Assembly (NCBI GenBank): GCA_964566025.1
Contig: CAZMHF010000001.1
Coordinates: 24,310 to 88,309, forward strand
From: an uncultured Lachnospiraceae bacterium
GTDB lineage: Bacteria > Bacillota > Clostridia > Lachnospirales > Lachnospiraceae
Direction of reading: 5' to 3'
Length of the DNA: 64,000 bases
The notes under the pieces are model-generated. The model ran no database searches and had not been told where the DNA came from. It saw nothing but the letters and a program-made list of their open reading frames with translations. Shown piece by piece: positions 1 through 9,357 of this stretch; positions within the stretch are counted from its first letter, which is position 1; each line of letters begins with the position of its first letter. The translations under genes and the position numbers were made by a program.

Positions 1-55
1 TGACTTACAGCGTTTCCAAAATGAGTAGCCTTATCACAAATTACACATCTAGCCA
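1..55 (-). CDS. rpmB: 50S ribosomal protein L28, N-terminal fragment (gene continues beyond window start)
   Basis: Reverse complement of 1-55 reads MARCVICDKATHFGNAVS, the conserved L28 N-terminus. GGAGG lies 7 nt upstream of the ATG. rpmB divergent from asp23-dak2-recG is the usual Firmicute layout. Confidence 0.8.
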
Positions 56-255
56 TGATTGCACCTCCTTAATCGTTTGTTTGGTCAATTTATATTTACT
101 TGACGCATGACCGCAACACGAATATAATAACAGAAGTTTGCAAGCAATGCAAGCGGTTTTTTTAAAAATATCGTAATAAAAATTTACTAACACATTTTCG
201 AATATAATGGTATAATAGATTCGTATAATTAATTAAAGAAAGAGCGAGGTTTTGT

Positions 256-612
256 ATGGACGGACAATTAACGAACAAACAAGGCAAAATCTTTATTGAT
301 CCTGAAGTGATTGGAATGTATGCTGGAGCAACAGCAATCGAATGCTTTGGTATCATTGGAATGGCTGCCGTAAGTATGAAAGATGGAATTGCTAAACTTC
401 TGAAGAAGGAAAGCTTGACACATGGTATTAATGTACGAATTGAGGATAATCAAATTTTTCTTGATTTCCATGTGATTGTTTCTTATGGTGTAAGTATTTC
501 TGCCGTTGCCAAGAATCTTATTACAAATGTATCTTATAAGGTCGAAGAATTCACCGGCATGACAGTTGGGAAGATCAGAATATTTATAGACGGAATTCGT
601 ATCATCGACTAA
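256..612 (+). CDS. Asp23/Gls24 family envelope stress response protein
   Basis: 118-aa ORF with GAGG 7 nt upstream. Small protein with an Asp23/DUF322-like pattern (GMAAVS, FLDFHVIVSYG). Conserved first gene of the asp23-dak2-recG cluster. Confidence 0.75.
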   Translation: MDGQLTNKQGKIFIDPEVIGMYAGATAIECFGIIGMAAVSMKDGIAKLLKKESLTHGINVRIEDNQIFLDFHVIVSYGVSISAVAKNLITNVSYKVEEFTGMTVGKIRIFIDGIRIID

Positions 613-627
613 TAGGAGGAAAAAAGA

Positions 628-2286
628 GTGGCAGTCACAACAATAGATGCACAGTTATTAAGCAAGATGTTTTTGGCGGGTGCAAATGCTTTAGAAGCAA
701 AAAAAGAATGGATTAATGAATTAAATGTATTCCCAGTACCAGATGGCGATACAGGAACAAATATGACATTGACGATTATGTCAGCAGCAAAAGACGTGGC
801 ATCTATGCAAAATCCGACGATGGAAGAAGTAGCAAAAGCGATTTCTTCTGGTTCTTTGCGTGGAGCAAGAGGTAATTCAGGCGTTATTCTTTCGCAGCTA
901 TTTCGTGGGTTCACGAAAGTGATTCGCGAAAAAGAAGAGATTGATATTCCATTGCTAGCAGAAGCGTTAAAGAGAGCGACAGAAACAGCGTATAAAGCCG
1001 TTATGAAACCAAAAGAAGGTACCATCTTAACGGTTGCAAGAGGTATGTCTGACAAAGCAAGCTCATTAGTAAAAACAAATAAAGTTACACAGATTGACGA
1101 ATTCATTGAATTAGTGATCAAAGAAGGTGATATAACGCTTGAAAATACACCAGAATTATTACCTGTTCTCAAACAAGCGGGTGTGGTTGATTCGGGTGGT
1201 CAAGGTTTGATGGTTGTTTTAAAAGGCGCTTATGAAGCATTAATGGGAAAAGAAGTGTTTTTTGATATGGAAAGTACTTCCCCAAAAACCGCTACCTTAA
1301 CAAAAGATCAAATTGATACCTCTGATATTAAATTTGGATATTGCACAGAGTTTATTGTTCAACTTGAGAAAGAATTCTCCTTGATGAATGAAAATCAATT
1401 CAAAGAATATTTAACGGGTATTGGTGATTCGATTGTTGTGGTAAGTGATGACGATATCGTGAAGGTTCATGTTCATACGAACAATCCTGGCCTTGCAATT
1501 GAGAAAGCACTAACTTATGGTTCATTAACTAGTATGAAAATTGACAATATGCGTGAAGAGCATCAAGAACGTGTGATTATGGATGCACAAAAAGTAGCCG
1601 AGGCACAAGCAGCTCCAATCGAAAATAAGGAATTTGGATTTATTGCCGTATCTGTCGGCGAAGGCTTATCAGAAATTTTTAGCGGACTTGGTGTTGATTA
1701 TCTAATTGAGGGTGGTCAAACGATGAATCCGAGTACAGAAGATTTCTTATTGGCGATTGAAAAAGTACATGCGGATGTGATTTATTTGCTACCAAACAAT
1801 AAAAATATTATTTTAGCCGCAGAACAAGCTGCTAAACTAACAAAAGACAAAAAAATATATGTGATTCCTTCAAAGACGATTCCTCAAGGGATTACAGCAT
1901 TGATTAGTTTTTCATATGTTTCAAATTCAGATGAAAACTTTGCGATTATGAGTGGCGAGCTTGCCAATGTAAAATCAGGGCAAGTAACCTATGCTGTACG
2001 CAATACGAGCATTGATGGCAAAGAAATTCATGAAAACGATATTATGGGTATTGGTGATGCAGGAATTCTAGCAGTTGGCCAATCGATTAACGAAACGACA
2101 ATTGATACGATTGCCAATATGGTGGATGATGATTCGGAAATTATTTGCGTATATTACGGAAGTGAAATTAAAGAAGATGAAGCGAGTGTATTAGAAGAAC
2201 AAATTGCTGAGAGATTCCCTAATGTAGATATTGATGTGCATTATGGCGGACAGCCAATTTACTACTATTTTGTATCTGTCGAATAA
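628..2286 (+). CDS. DAK2 domain-containing protein (YloV-like)
   Basis: GTG start 8 nt after GGAGG. DhaL-type motif PDGDTGTNM near the N-terminus. 552 aa, positioned between asp23 and recG. Confidence 0.85.
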   Translation: MAVTTIDAQLLSKMFLAGANALEAKKEWINELNVFPVPDGDTGTNMTLTIMSAAKDVASMQNPTMEEVAKAISSGSLRGARGNSGVILSQLFRGFTKVIREKEEIDIPLLAEALKRATETAYKAVMKPKEGTILTVARGMSDKASSLVKTNKVTQIDEFIELVIKEGDITLENTPELLPVLKQAGVVDSGGQGLMVVLKGAYEALMGKEVFFDMESTSPKTATLTKDQIDTSDIKFGYCTEFIVQLEKEFSLMNENQFKEYLTGIGDSIVVVSDDDIVKVHVHTNNPGLAIEKALTYGSLTSMKIDNMREEHQERVIMDAQKVAEAQAAPIENKEFGFIAVSVGEGLSEIFSGLGVDYLIEGGQTMNPSTEDFLLAIEKVHADVIYLLPNNKNIILAAEQAAKLTKDKKIYVIPSKTIPQGITALISFSYVSNSDENFAIMSGELANVKSGQVTYAVRNTSIDGKEIHENDIMGIGDAGILAVGQSINETTIDTIANMVDDDSEIICVYYGSEIKEDEASVLEEQIAERFPNVDIDVHYGGQPIYYYFVSVE

Positions 2287-2293
2287 TAACGTG

Positions 2294-4267
2294 ATGAAAT
2301 TAACCGATACGATTACTGTTTTAAAAGGAATAGGACCAAAAACAGAACAACAATATAAAAAACTACAAATTGATACGATTGCCAATTTATTGACACATTA
2401 TCCGCGTGAATACAAGAAATTCACAAAGCCAATTCCGTATCATGAGATAAATGTGGGTGAGATACAAGCCTTAGTAGGTATTGTGCCAGCCTCATTTACC
2501 ATTAGACGATTTGGCTACAAAAGTATTGTTGAGGGAAGGATTCATGACGGAAATGGCCAGCATATTCAAGTTGTTTGGTACAATATGCCGTATATGAAAA
2601 CAGCCTTAAAAAGAGATGATGTGTATGTGTTTTTGGGAAAAGTCGTTTTAAAAAAACAAGGTCTTGTATTAGAACAACCAGCACTTTATCATTACGAGGA
2701 ATATGAAAAACTGCGCAAGAAATTATTGCCCGTATATGCGTTAACTGCGGGCATCTCACAAAATGCTATACGAAAACAGATCGAGACACTTCTTGCCAAG
2801 CTTTCCACAGATGAATTGCAATTGAACTCGTGTTTAACGAACGTTTTTGAAAAAGAGCATAATCTGATGCCTTATAAAAAAGCGATCAACCAAATTCATT
2901 TCCCTGAAAATGAAGAGACTTTTCAATCGGCACGAGAGAGAATTGTTTTTGAAGAATTTTATCAATTTATGCTACAAATTAAGGAATTAAAGCAACATAA
3001 TGCCCAAATTCCCAATCAGTATATATGTTCGAACAAGCAAATGGTAGAGGCGTTTATTAAAACACTCCCTTACACATTGACAAATGGTCAATTAGAAGCA
3101 TTTGATGATATATACAAGGATATGGCATCTCATCATATTATGAATCGATTGATTCAAGGTGATGTGGGAAGCGGAAAGACAATTGTTTGTTTTTTGGCTA
3201 TGTTACTTAGTCATTTTCAAGGGTATCAAAGTGTAATGATGGCGCCAACTGAATTGTTAGCCAAACAACACTATGAAAATTTTATGGCTCTTACAAAACA
3301 AGCAGGCATTTGCGTTCAAGCGGATTTATTAGTCGGTGGTATGTCAATGAGAGAAAAGACCACGCTAAAAGAAAAACTTCAAGGCAATGAAATATCGGTA
3401 CTATTTGGTACACATGCTTTATTTGAGGAATCTACCGTATTTCATAATCTTGCATTAGTTATTACCGACGAGCAGCATCGTTTTGGCGTGAAACAGCGTG
3501 AACAATTGCAAGAAAAATCAAAATATCCTCATAGAATTATATTAAGTGCCACACCAATTCCACGTTCACTTGCTAGAGTGCTATATGCAGAATTAGATGT
3601 TTCCATTATAAAAGACAAGCCTTCAAAACGGAAAACCATTGAAACGTGCGTGATTAAACCAGCCGCACGAACAAGCATGTACCAATTTATTAAAAAGCAA
3701 GTTGATGCAGGACATCAGGCGTATATCGTTTGTCCGATGGTAGAAGCGAATGAGGAAATGGATGGAGAGAATGTTGTTGATTATGCAAAGCAACTAAACC
3801 GTTTTTTTAAAAACGAACATTCCATTGCTTGTATTCATGGTCAAATGAATGCAAAAGAAAAAAACCGAATTATGCAGGAGTTTGCACAAAATAAAATTTC
3901 CATTTTAGTTGCCACAACGGTAATTGAAGTCGGTATTGATGTTGCAAATGCAACGGTAATGGTTGTTGAAGATGCACAGCGATTTGGACTGGCAACACTT
4001 CACCAGCTTAGAGGCAGGGTTGGACGAAGTAATTTGCCTTCGTATTGCATATTAGTTCAAACAAATAAAAGTACAATTAATGATCGACTAGACGTATTAT
4101 GTAAATTCGACGATGGCTTTTATATTGCACAAGAGGATTTGAAATTAAGAGGACCTGGCGATTTGATGGGGGTTCGACAAAGTGGCGAAATTTCTTTTAA
4201 ATTGGCGAATATTTATCAAGACCATGCAATTTTATTAAAAGCATCCAAAGCAATTGAACATAAATAA
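2294..4267 (+). CDS. recG: ATP-dependent DNA helicase RecG
   Basis: Walker A GDVGSGKT, helicase box TDEQHRFG, motif VI HQLRGRVGR. The ORF-track start at 2231 overlaps the upstream gene, so ATG 2294 (MKLTDTITVLKGIGPK) is preferred. Confidence 0.95.
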   Translation: MKLTDTITVLKGIGPKTEQQYKKLQIDTIANLLTHYPREYKKFTKPIPYHEINVGEIQALVGIVPASFTIRRFGYKSIVEGRIHDGNGQHIQVVWYNMPYMKTALKRDDVYVFLGKVVLKKQGLVLEQPALYHYEEYEKLRKKLLPVYALTAGISQNAIRKQIETLLAKLSTDELQLNSCLTNVFEKEHNLMPYKKAINQIHFPENEETFQSARERIVFEEFYQFMLQIKELKQHNAQIPNQYICSNKQMVEAFIKTLPYTLTNGQLEAFDDIYKDMASHHIMNRLIQGDVGSGKTIVCFLAMLLSHFQGYQSVMMAPTELLAKQHYENFMALTKQAGICVQADLLVGGMSMREKTTLKEKLQGNEISVLFGTHALFEESTVFHNLALVITDEQHRFGVKQREQLQEKSKYPHRIILSATPIPRSLARVLYAELDVSIIKDKPSKRKTIETCVIKPAARTSMYQFIKKQVDAGHQAYIVCPMVEANEEMDGENVVDYAKQLNRFFKNEHSIACIHGQMNAKEKNRIMQEFAQNKISILVATTVIEVGIDVANATVMVVEDAQRFGLATLHQLRGRVGRSNLPSYCILVQTNKSTINDRLDVLCKFDDGFYIAQEDLKLRGPGDLMGVRQSGEISFKLANIYQDHAILLKASKAIEHK

Positions 4268-4302
4268 TTTAAACGAAAAATATTATTTAAGGAGTAATGA
4301 AA

Positions 4303-4800
4303 ATGACTTTACTAGAACAATGGAACCAGATAGCGTATGAAGCACACACAACAGAAAAAGAAGCGAATACATTTTGGGGTGCTTACTTTAATATCGAAAA
4401 AGAAATTTATCAAAAAATTCTTGCAAGTGATACGATGTATGAAGATACCGTTGAAAATCTTGCAAAAACATTTGATGTCAAAATCTTATCGATGGTTGGT
4501 TTCCTAGATGGAATTAATGAAAGTCTCATAAAAGAAAATGATCTCGAAAATATGAAAGAAGATACCGTTGTTTCGCTTGCATATGACAAAGAAAAGCTGT
4601 ACTACAATATGGTTGGTGCGAAAGCGGATTGGTTATACAACTTAGAAGAGTGGGAACCACTATTATCTAGCGAAAGACGCAAAGAGCTATATAAAGAACA
4701 AAAAATATCAACCACTATTGTAAAAGACAAAAAAATCGGACGTAATGATCCATGTCCTTGTAACAGTGGTAAAAAATACAAACAATGTTGTGGTAGATAA
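4303..4800 (+). CDS. SEC-C motif domain protein
   Basis: C-terminal SecA-type zinc motif [23 protein letters not shown] 4303 is 8 nt after GGAG; ATG 4297 is only 2 nt after it. Confidence 0.7.
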   Translation: MTLLEQWNQIAYEAHTTEKEANTFWGAYFNIEKEIYQKILASDTMYEDTVENLAKTFDVKILSMVGFLDGINESLIKENDLENMKEDTVVSLAYDKEKLYYNMVGAKADWLYNLEEWEPLLSSERRKELYKEQKISTTIVKDKKIGRNDPCPCNSGKKYKQCCGR

Positions 4801-4806
4801 TCGATT

Positions 4807-5373
4807 ATGAGAGTGATTTCAGGAATAGCAAGGCATATTGCCTTAAAGACGGTTGAGGGATTAGCAACTAGACCGACAACGGATCGAATTAAAGAAACGT
4901 TATTTAATATGCTTCAAACAAAAATACCAGGTTGTGTGTTTATCGATTGTTTTAGCGGTAGCGGGGCAATTGGCATTGAAGCCTTAAGTCGTGGTGCGAA
5001 GGAATCCTATTTTATTGACAATAACCCCAAAGCCATTACGTGTATTCATAAGAATTTAGAGAAAACAAAATTAGCAAATAAGGCGACTGTCATCTCTAAA
5101 GATGTTGTTACGGCATTGAAATCATTGCATCATAAAAAAATCCTTTCGGATATTATTTTTTTAGATCCGCCTTATGATTTGGGGATAGAAGAGTCTGTAT
5201 TACTCACATTGGCAACGTGCGATTATGTGGATGAACAAACTTTGATTATTATAGAGGCGGCATTAGAAACATCATTTGATTATGTTGAATCTATCGGATA
5301 TCATATTATTAAATCTAAGAACTACAAAACAAACAAGCATGTTTTTTTAGAGAGGAGTAGCGAATGCATATAG
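4807..5373 (+). CDS. rsmD: 16S rRNA (guanine966-N2)-methyltransferase RsmD
   Basis: [13 protein letters not shown] signature, SAM-binding DCFSGSGA, catalytic DPPY. Confidence 0.9.
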   Translation: MRVISGIARHIALKTVEGLATRPTTDRIKETLFNMLQTKIPGCVFIDCFSGSGAIGIEALSRGAKESYFIDNNPKAITCIHKNLEKTKLANKATVISKDVVTALKSLHHKKILSDIIFLDPPYDLGIEESVLLTLATCDYVDEQTLIIIEAALETSFDYVESIGYHIIKSKNYKTNKHVFLERSSECI

Positions 5374-5861
5374 GAATTTACCCTGGTAGTTTTGATCCAG
5401 TTACCTTTGGCCATCTTGATATTATTGAACGTTCCGTAAAAGTGGTGGATAAATTAATCGTAGGTGTATTAAATAACAATACAAAAACGCCATTGTTTTC
5501 TGCCAACGAACGTGTTACAATGTTACGGAAAGTGACAAAGCATATTCCGAATATTGAAATCGTTTCCTTTTCAGGTCTTACGATTGATTTTGCAAAAGAG
5601 ATGAAGGCAAATATTATTATTCGAGGATTACGAGCTGTTACTGATTTTGAATATGAATTGCAATTAGCACAAACGAATCATATTATGAATCCGAATATTG
5701 ATACAATTTTTATGACAACAAATCTTGAATATGCGTATTTAAGCTCTAGCGTTGTAAAAGAGGTTGGATTTTTCAAAGGCAATATTGATAAATTCGTATC
5801 TTCTGAAATTGTAGATGAAGTATATAAAAAAATGGACAAAATAAGAGAAACAAAGGGGTGA
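5364..5861 (+). CDS. coaD: phosphopantetheine adenylyltransferase
   Basis: [16 protein letters not shown] nucleotidyltransferase motif, 165 aa, classic rsmD-coaD pair. Confidence 0.95.
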   Translation: MHIGIYPGSFDPVTFGHLDIIERSVKVVDKLIVGVLNNNTKTPLFSANERVTMLRKVTKHIPNIEIVSFSGLTIDFAKEMKANIIIRGLRAVTDFEYELQLAQTNHIMNPNIDTIFMTTNLEYAYLSSSVVKEVGFFKGNIDKFVSSEIVDEVYKKMDKIRETKG

Positions 5862-5866
5862 CGCAT

Positions 5867-6490
5867 ATGCAAATGCAAAATACGTATGAACGTCTGATCG
5901 ACGAAATCGAGCAATATCTTAAAAGTTGTAAGAAAGCTGCCTTTTCTTCCAATAGCATTACCGTTGATCGAACAAAAATCGAAGAGATGTTATTAGAATT
6001 ACGAAAAAAAACGCCAGAAGAAATTAAGCGTTGTATTAAAATGAATCATAATTACAATCGTATTATTCAAGAAGCGAAGCAAGAGGCAAGCCGAATCACC
6101 GAATCTGCTGCACAAGAAAAAGAAACATTTATTATGGAGCATGAAATCGTCAAAGAGGCGAATGCTCAACGCCAAATGATTTTAGAGCAAGCGCAAGAGG
6201 TTGCTAAACAAATCATTGATGAAGCTGTTTTACAAGCAGATGGTATTAAGGAAAACATGGTTTGTTATACAGATGATACTCTTATGAAAATCCAAGAGAT
6301 TTTACAAAATTCGTTGAACACAACGACTAGTCATTATGAGCATTTAGCAAAAGCATTAAGCGATAAACTAAATCTTGTTGTTGAAAACCGAAAAGAATTG
6401 CATCAACAGTCCATAGATGAGGTAGAAAAAGTGGAAGTAAGCGATGAAACGCATATTCCAATCGATTTTGAAGAGGATGATGAATATTAA
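5867..6490 (+). CDS. coiled-coil protein of unknown function
   Basis: E/K/Q-rich heptad-like sequence with acidic tail EEDDEY. ATG 5867 is 8 nt after AAAGGGG. Followed by a terminator. Confidence 0.5.
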   Translation: MQMQNTYERLIDEIEQYLKSCKKAAFSSNSITVDRTKIEEMLLELRKKTPEEIKRCIKMNHNYNRIIQEAKQEASRITESAAQEKETFIMEHEIVKEANAQRQMILEQAQEVAKQIIDEAVLQADGIKENMVCYTDDTLMKIQEILQNSLNTTTSHYEHLAKALSDKLNLVVENRKELHQQSIDEVEKVEVSDETHIPIDFEEDDEY

Positions 6491-6500
6491 GATGATTACA

Positions 6501-6531
6501 AAGATGAGGTATGTTGCCTCATCTTTTATTT
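6501..6531 (+). terminator. Rho-independent terminator
   Basis: AAGATGAGG (6501-6509) pairs with CCTCATCTT (6517-6525) around a 7-nt loop, then TTATTT. Confidence 0.8.
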
Positions 6532-6534
6532 AAA

Positions 6535-6594
6535 CTCCCACTGAAACAAGGAAGTTCCACCCACCGCCTAAGAGGCGGGGGACTTCCTTGGGAG
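6535..6594 (+). other. GC-rich imperfect 60-nt hairpin of unknown function
   Basis: CTCCCA (6535-6540) pairs with TGGGAG (6589-6594). AGGAAGT (6549-6555) pairs with ACTTCCT (6582-6588). The CCCaCCGCC/GGCGGGGG apical stem closes a TAAGA loop. No T-tract follows on the + strand. The element sits between a terminator and the next SD. Confidence 0.5.
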
Positions 6595-6632
6595 GTTAAA
6601 AATAAGTATATAGCAGGTTGGAGGTACCAATA

Positions 6633-7328
6633 ATGAGGATTGATAAATTTCTTTCTGAAATGCAAGTAGGCACTAGAAGTGAAATAAAGAAATATATAAA
6701 GGCTGGACGCGTTCGTATTGACAACGAAGTGGCAACTCGGCCAGAACAAGTTATCGATGAACAGGTTGCACATGTAGAATTTGATGAGAGACCAATTTAT
6801 TATGCAAAGTTTGAATATTATATGCTTAATAAGCCACAAAATGTTGTTAGCGCTACAAAGGACAATGTTCACGAAACAGTTGTTGATTGTATTTATACAA
6901 AGCTTAGAAATGACTTATTTCCCGTTGGACGATTGGATATTGATACAGAGGGATTGATGCTTTTAACAAATGATGGACATTTCGCGCATATGTTATTGTC
7001 ACCTAAAAAGAATATTTACAAAACCTATGAGGTAACGATTAAGCATCCACTAACGAGCGTTGATCAAAAGAAACTTGAAAATGGCATCGATATTGGTGAA
7101 TATGAAATCACTCGACCAGCCAAAGTAGATATCATTGATACGAAAAAAATCTTATTGCATATTACGGAAGGGAAATTTCATCAAGTAAAGCGCATGTTAG
7201 AAGCGGTAGGAAATGAGGTGTTATTTCTAAAGCGAATTCAAATTGGAGAGATTCGATTAGATGAAGCGTTAGCTCCTGGCGAATATCGTTATTTGACAAA
7301 GGAGGAGATTGATAGTGTTACAAAATAA
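6633..7328 (+). CDS. RsuA/RluB-family pseudouridine synthase with S4 domain
   Basis: S4-type N-terminus MRIDKFLSEMQVGTRSE, catalytic PVGRLDIDTEGLMLLTNDG. GGAGG lies 7 nt before ATG 6633. Confidence 0.9.
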   Translation: MRIDKFLSEMQVGTRSEIKKYIKAGRVRIDNEVATRPEQVIDEQVAHVEFDERPIYYAKFEYYMLNKPQNVVSATKDNVHETVVDCIYTKLRNDLFPVGRLDIDTEGLMLLTNDGHFAHMLLSPKKNIYKTYEVTIKHPLTSVDQKKLENGIDIGEYEITRPAKVDIIDTKKILLHITEGKFHQVKRMLEAVGNEVLFLKRIQIGEIRLDEALAPGEYRYLTKEEIDSVTK

Positions 7329-7977
7329 AAAGGCTGTTATTTTTGATTTGGATGGCACATTAATTGATTCGATGGGGATTTGGCATGATATTGATATTGC
7401 GTATCTTTCAAAATATGGACATGAGCTTCCTTCTACCTTACAAAAGACAATTGAAGGAATGAGTTTTACAGAAACAGCAATATATTTTAAAGAGCATTTT
7501 TCGTTGGAGATGGAAATAGAACAAATAAAAGAGGAGTTTAACCAAATGGCATTTTATAAATATCGTCATGAGGTTCCACTAAAAGAAGGTGTTTATGACT
7601 TTCTAACCTATTTGAAAAATAACCGCGTTAAAATGGGGATTGCGACATCAAATTCAATTGAATTGGTGAAGGTTGTTTTAGAGAATCTAAAAATTAATCA
7701 TTTTTTTGATTGCATTGTGACTTCTTGTGAAGTAAAAAAAGGAAAACCACATCCAGATGTTTATTTAGAAGCGTCCAGAAAACTGACAGTTGAGCCAACG
7801 ACATGTTTGGTTTTTGAAGACATTATCGTGGGAGTATTGGCTGGAAAATCAGCTGGAATGACGGTTTGTGGCGTAGAGGATGCCTTTTGCCATCACACAA
7901 GGGAAGAGATGAAGGAAGTAGCGGATTACTATATTCATAGTTTTTTTGAATTGAAGGATTTATTAAAGGAGAGGTAA
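7315..7977 (+). CDS. HAD-superfamily hydrolase (subfamily IA, beta-phosphoglucomutase-like)
   Basis: Motif I FDLDGTLIDS, GKPHPD, FEDIIVG. GTG 7315 is 7 nt after GGAGGAG; TTG 7309 is an alternative start. Confidence 0.85.
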   Translation: MLQNKKAVIFDLDGTLIDSMGIWHDIDIAYLSKYGHELPSTLQKTIEGMSFTETAIYFKEHFSLEMEIEQIKEEFNQMAFYKYRHEVPLKEGVYDFLTYLKNNRVKMGIATSNSIELVKVVLENLKINHFFDCIVTSCEVKKGKPHPDVYLEASRKLTVEPTTCLVFEDIIVGVLAGKSAGMTVCGVEDAFCHHTREEMKEVADYYIHSFFELKDLLKER

Positions 7978-7980
7978 CGT

Positions 7981-8742
7981 ATGAACATTGCGATTGTAAC
8001 AGGAGCATCGTCAGGTGTTGGCGAAGAATTTATTAAGCAGCTTATTGAAAAATATCCTCGTTTGGATGAAATATGGGCGATTGCTCGAAGAGTGGATCGC
8101 TTAGAGCGTTTGGAAGAAAAATATCCTAAAAAAGTCAAGGCAATACCTCTTGATTTATCAAAAAAAGAAGCATTTGATGAGTTAAAGCATAAATTGGACG
8201 AGGAACATGCTAACGTTCGCATATTGGTCAATAGTGCAGGTCTTGGCAAAATCGGAAGATTTGCTGAACTTACGATAGAAGAACAATTGCCAATGCTTCA
8301 TATCAATATGGAAGCCTTGACAAAAATGACGCATTTAGTGCTTAATTATATGCCTACCAATAGTCGCATTATCAATATCGCTAGTGTCGCTGCTTTTGTA
8401 CCACAGCCTTGCTTTGGTATATACGCTGCAACAAAGGCTTATGTATTGAGCTTTTCAAGAGCTATTAATGAGGAGTTAATCAATCGTGGTATTTATGTAA
8501 CGGCTGTATGTCCTGGTCCTATGAATACAGAGTTTTTTATTATTGCTGAAACATCACATAAAAAGACGTCCTATAAAGAGATGTTTAATTCAGCGGTAGA
8601 TGGCGTTGTTGAAAAAGCCATTCGAGATAGCGCAATGGGGCTAAGTGTATCCGTATACAGCCCTATGATGAAATTGGTACATGGTATAACAAAGATAAGT
8701 CCACAAAAACTGTTGCTAAAAATAATGAAGAATTTTTATTAG
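7981..8742 (+). CDS. short-chain dehydrogenase/reductase (SDR)
   Basis: TGASSGVG Rossmann motif, NSAG, catalytic YAATKAY. Confidence 0.85.
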   Translation: MNIAIVTGASSGVGEEFIKQLIEKYPRLDEIWAIARRVDRLERLEEKYPKKVKAIPLDLSKKEAFDELKHKLDEEHANVRILVNSAGLGKIGRFAELTIEEQLPMLHINMEALTKMTHLVLNYMPTNSRIINIASVAAFVPQPCFGIYAATKAYVLSFSRAINEELINRGIYVTAVCPGPMNTEFFIIAETSHKKTSYKEMFNSAVDGVVEKAIRDSAMGLSVSVYSPMMKLVHGITKISPQKLLLKIMKNFY

Positions 8743-8752
8743 GAGAATCACC

Positions 8753-9355
8753 ATGCTAAAGCTAAAGCTAAATCTAAAGCTTACAAGAAGCGAAAAAGGT
8801 AATCTAGGTTATTTATCGTATCGAAAGGCACTATATCTACGGAGTGTCATAGTAATCGCAGCGGTGATTATTACGTTTGTGTTATTGGATGTTTTTCACG
8901 TGTTAGATCATTATGTGTGTATGCTGATGGCCGTTTTGTCCGCCTTTCCGTTAGGACATTTTATTGTCGGTTATATTTGTATCGTCCCCTTTAAAGCGAC
9001 GGAGGAAACCTCGTTGTTGTATAAGGAGTTTGTCCAAAGCGCTACACCACATGAGTTAATGGTTGATTTAGTCATAACATCGTCCGTTGAAAAAACAAAA
9101 CATTTTCAGTTTATGTATGTTGGTAATAAAGAGCTACTTATTTATACACCAATTGCCTTAAATGCAAAAGAAATAGAATATTGGACTTCGTTTTTTAGAA
9201 TACCAGAAGCTTTACAAGACTATCGTGTTTCCTTTCAAAGCGATGCGAAGCAATATAAAAACCAATTACAAAATCAAGTGGAAATATCAACACATAGCAA
9301 GGAACACATTTCTACCGACGAAATCAAAAAAATCCTTTTAGCAATGGCGGTATAA
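8753..9355 (+). CDS. membrane protein of unknown function
   Basis: AGGAG 7 nt upstream. Two hydrophobic helices (VIVIAAVIITFVLL, MLMAVLSAFPLGHFIVGYICIV) followed by a soluble domain of about 120 aa. No recognisable motif. Confidence 0.5.
   Translation: MLKLKLNLKLTRSEKGNLGYLSYRKALYLRSVIVIAAVIITFVLLDVFHVLDHYVCMLMAVLSAFPLGHFIVGYICIVPFKATEETSLLYKEFVQSATPHELMVDLVITSSVEKTKHFQFMYVGNKELLIYTPIALNAKEIEYWTSFFRIPEALQDYRVSFQSDAKQYKNQLQNQVEISTHSKEHISTDEIKKILLAMAV
8755..8778 (+). repeat. four tandem GCTAAA-type hexanucleotide units at the 5' end of the CDS
   Basis: GCTAAA GCTAAA GCTAAA TCTAAA starts at the last base of the ATG and encodes LKLKLNLK. Confidence 0.8.
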
Positions 9356-9357
9356 CT

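Noticed and set aside
609-1172. Long antisense or alternative-frame ORFs inside well-supported genes: 609-1172, 17082-17477, 17550-18002, 23168-23548, 23318-23575, 33075-33410, 61065-61478 and similar.
   Set aside because: Each lies wholly within a CDS that has strong family motifs on the other strand or frame. Their sequences are low-complexity or hydrophobic mirror translations. They have no SD sequences or recognisable motifs.
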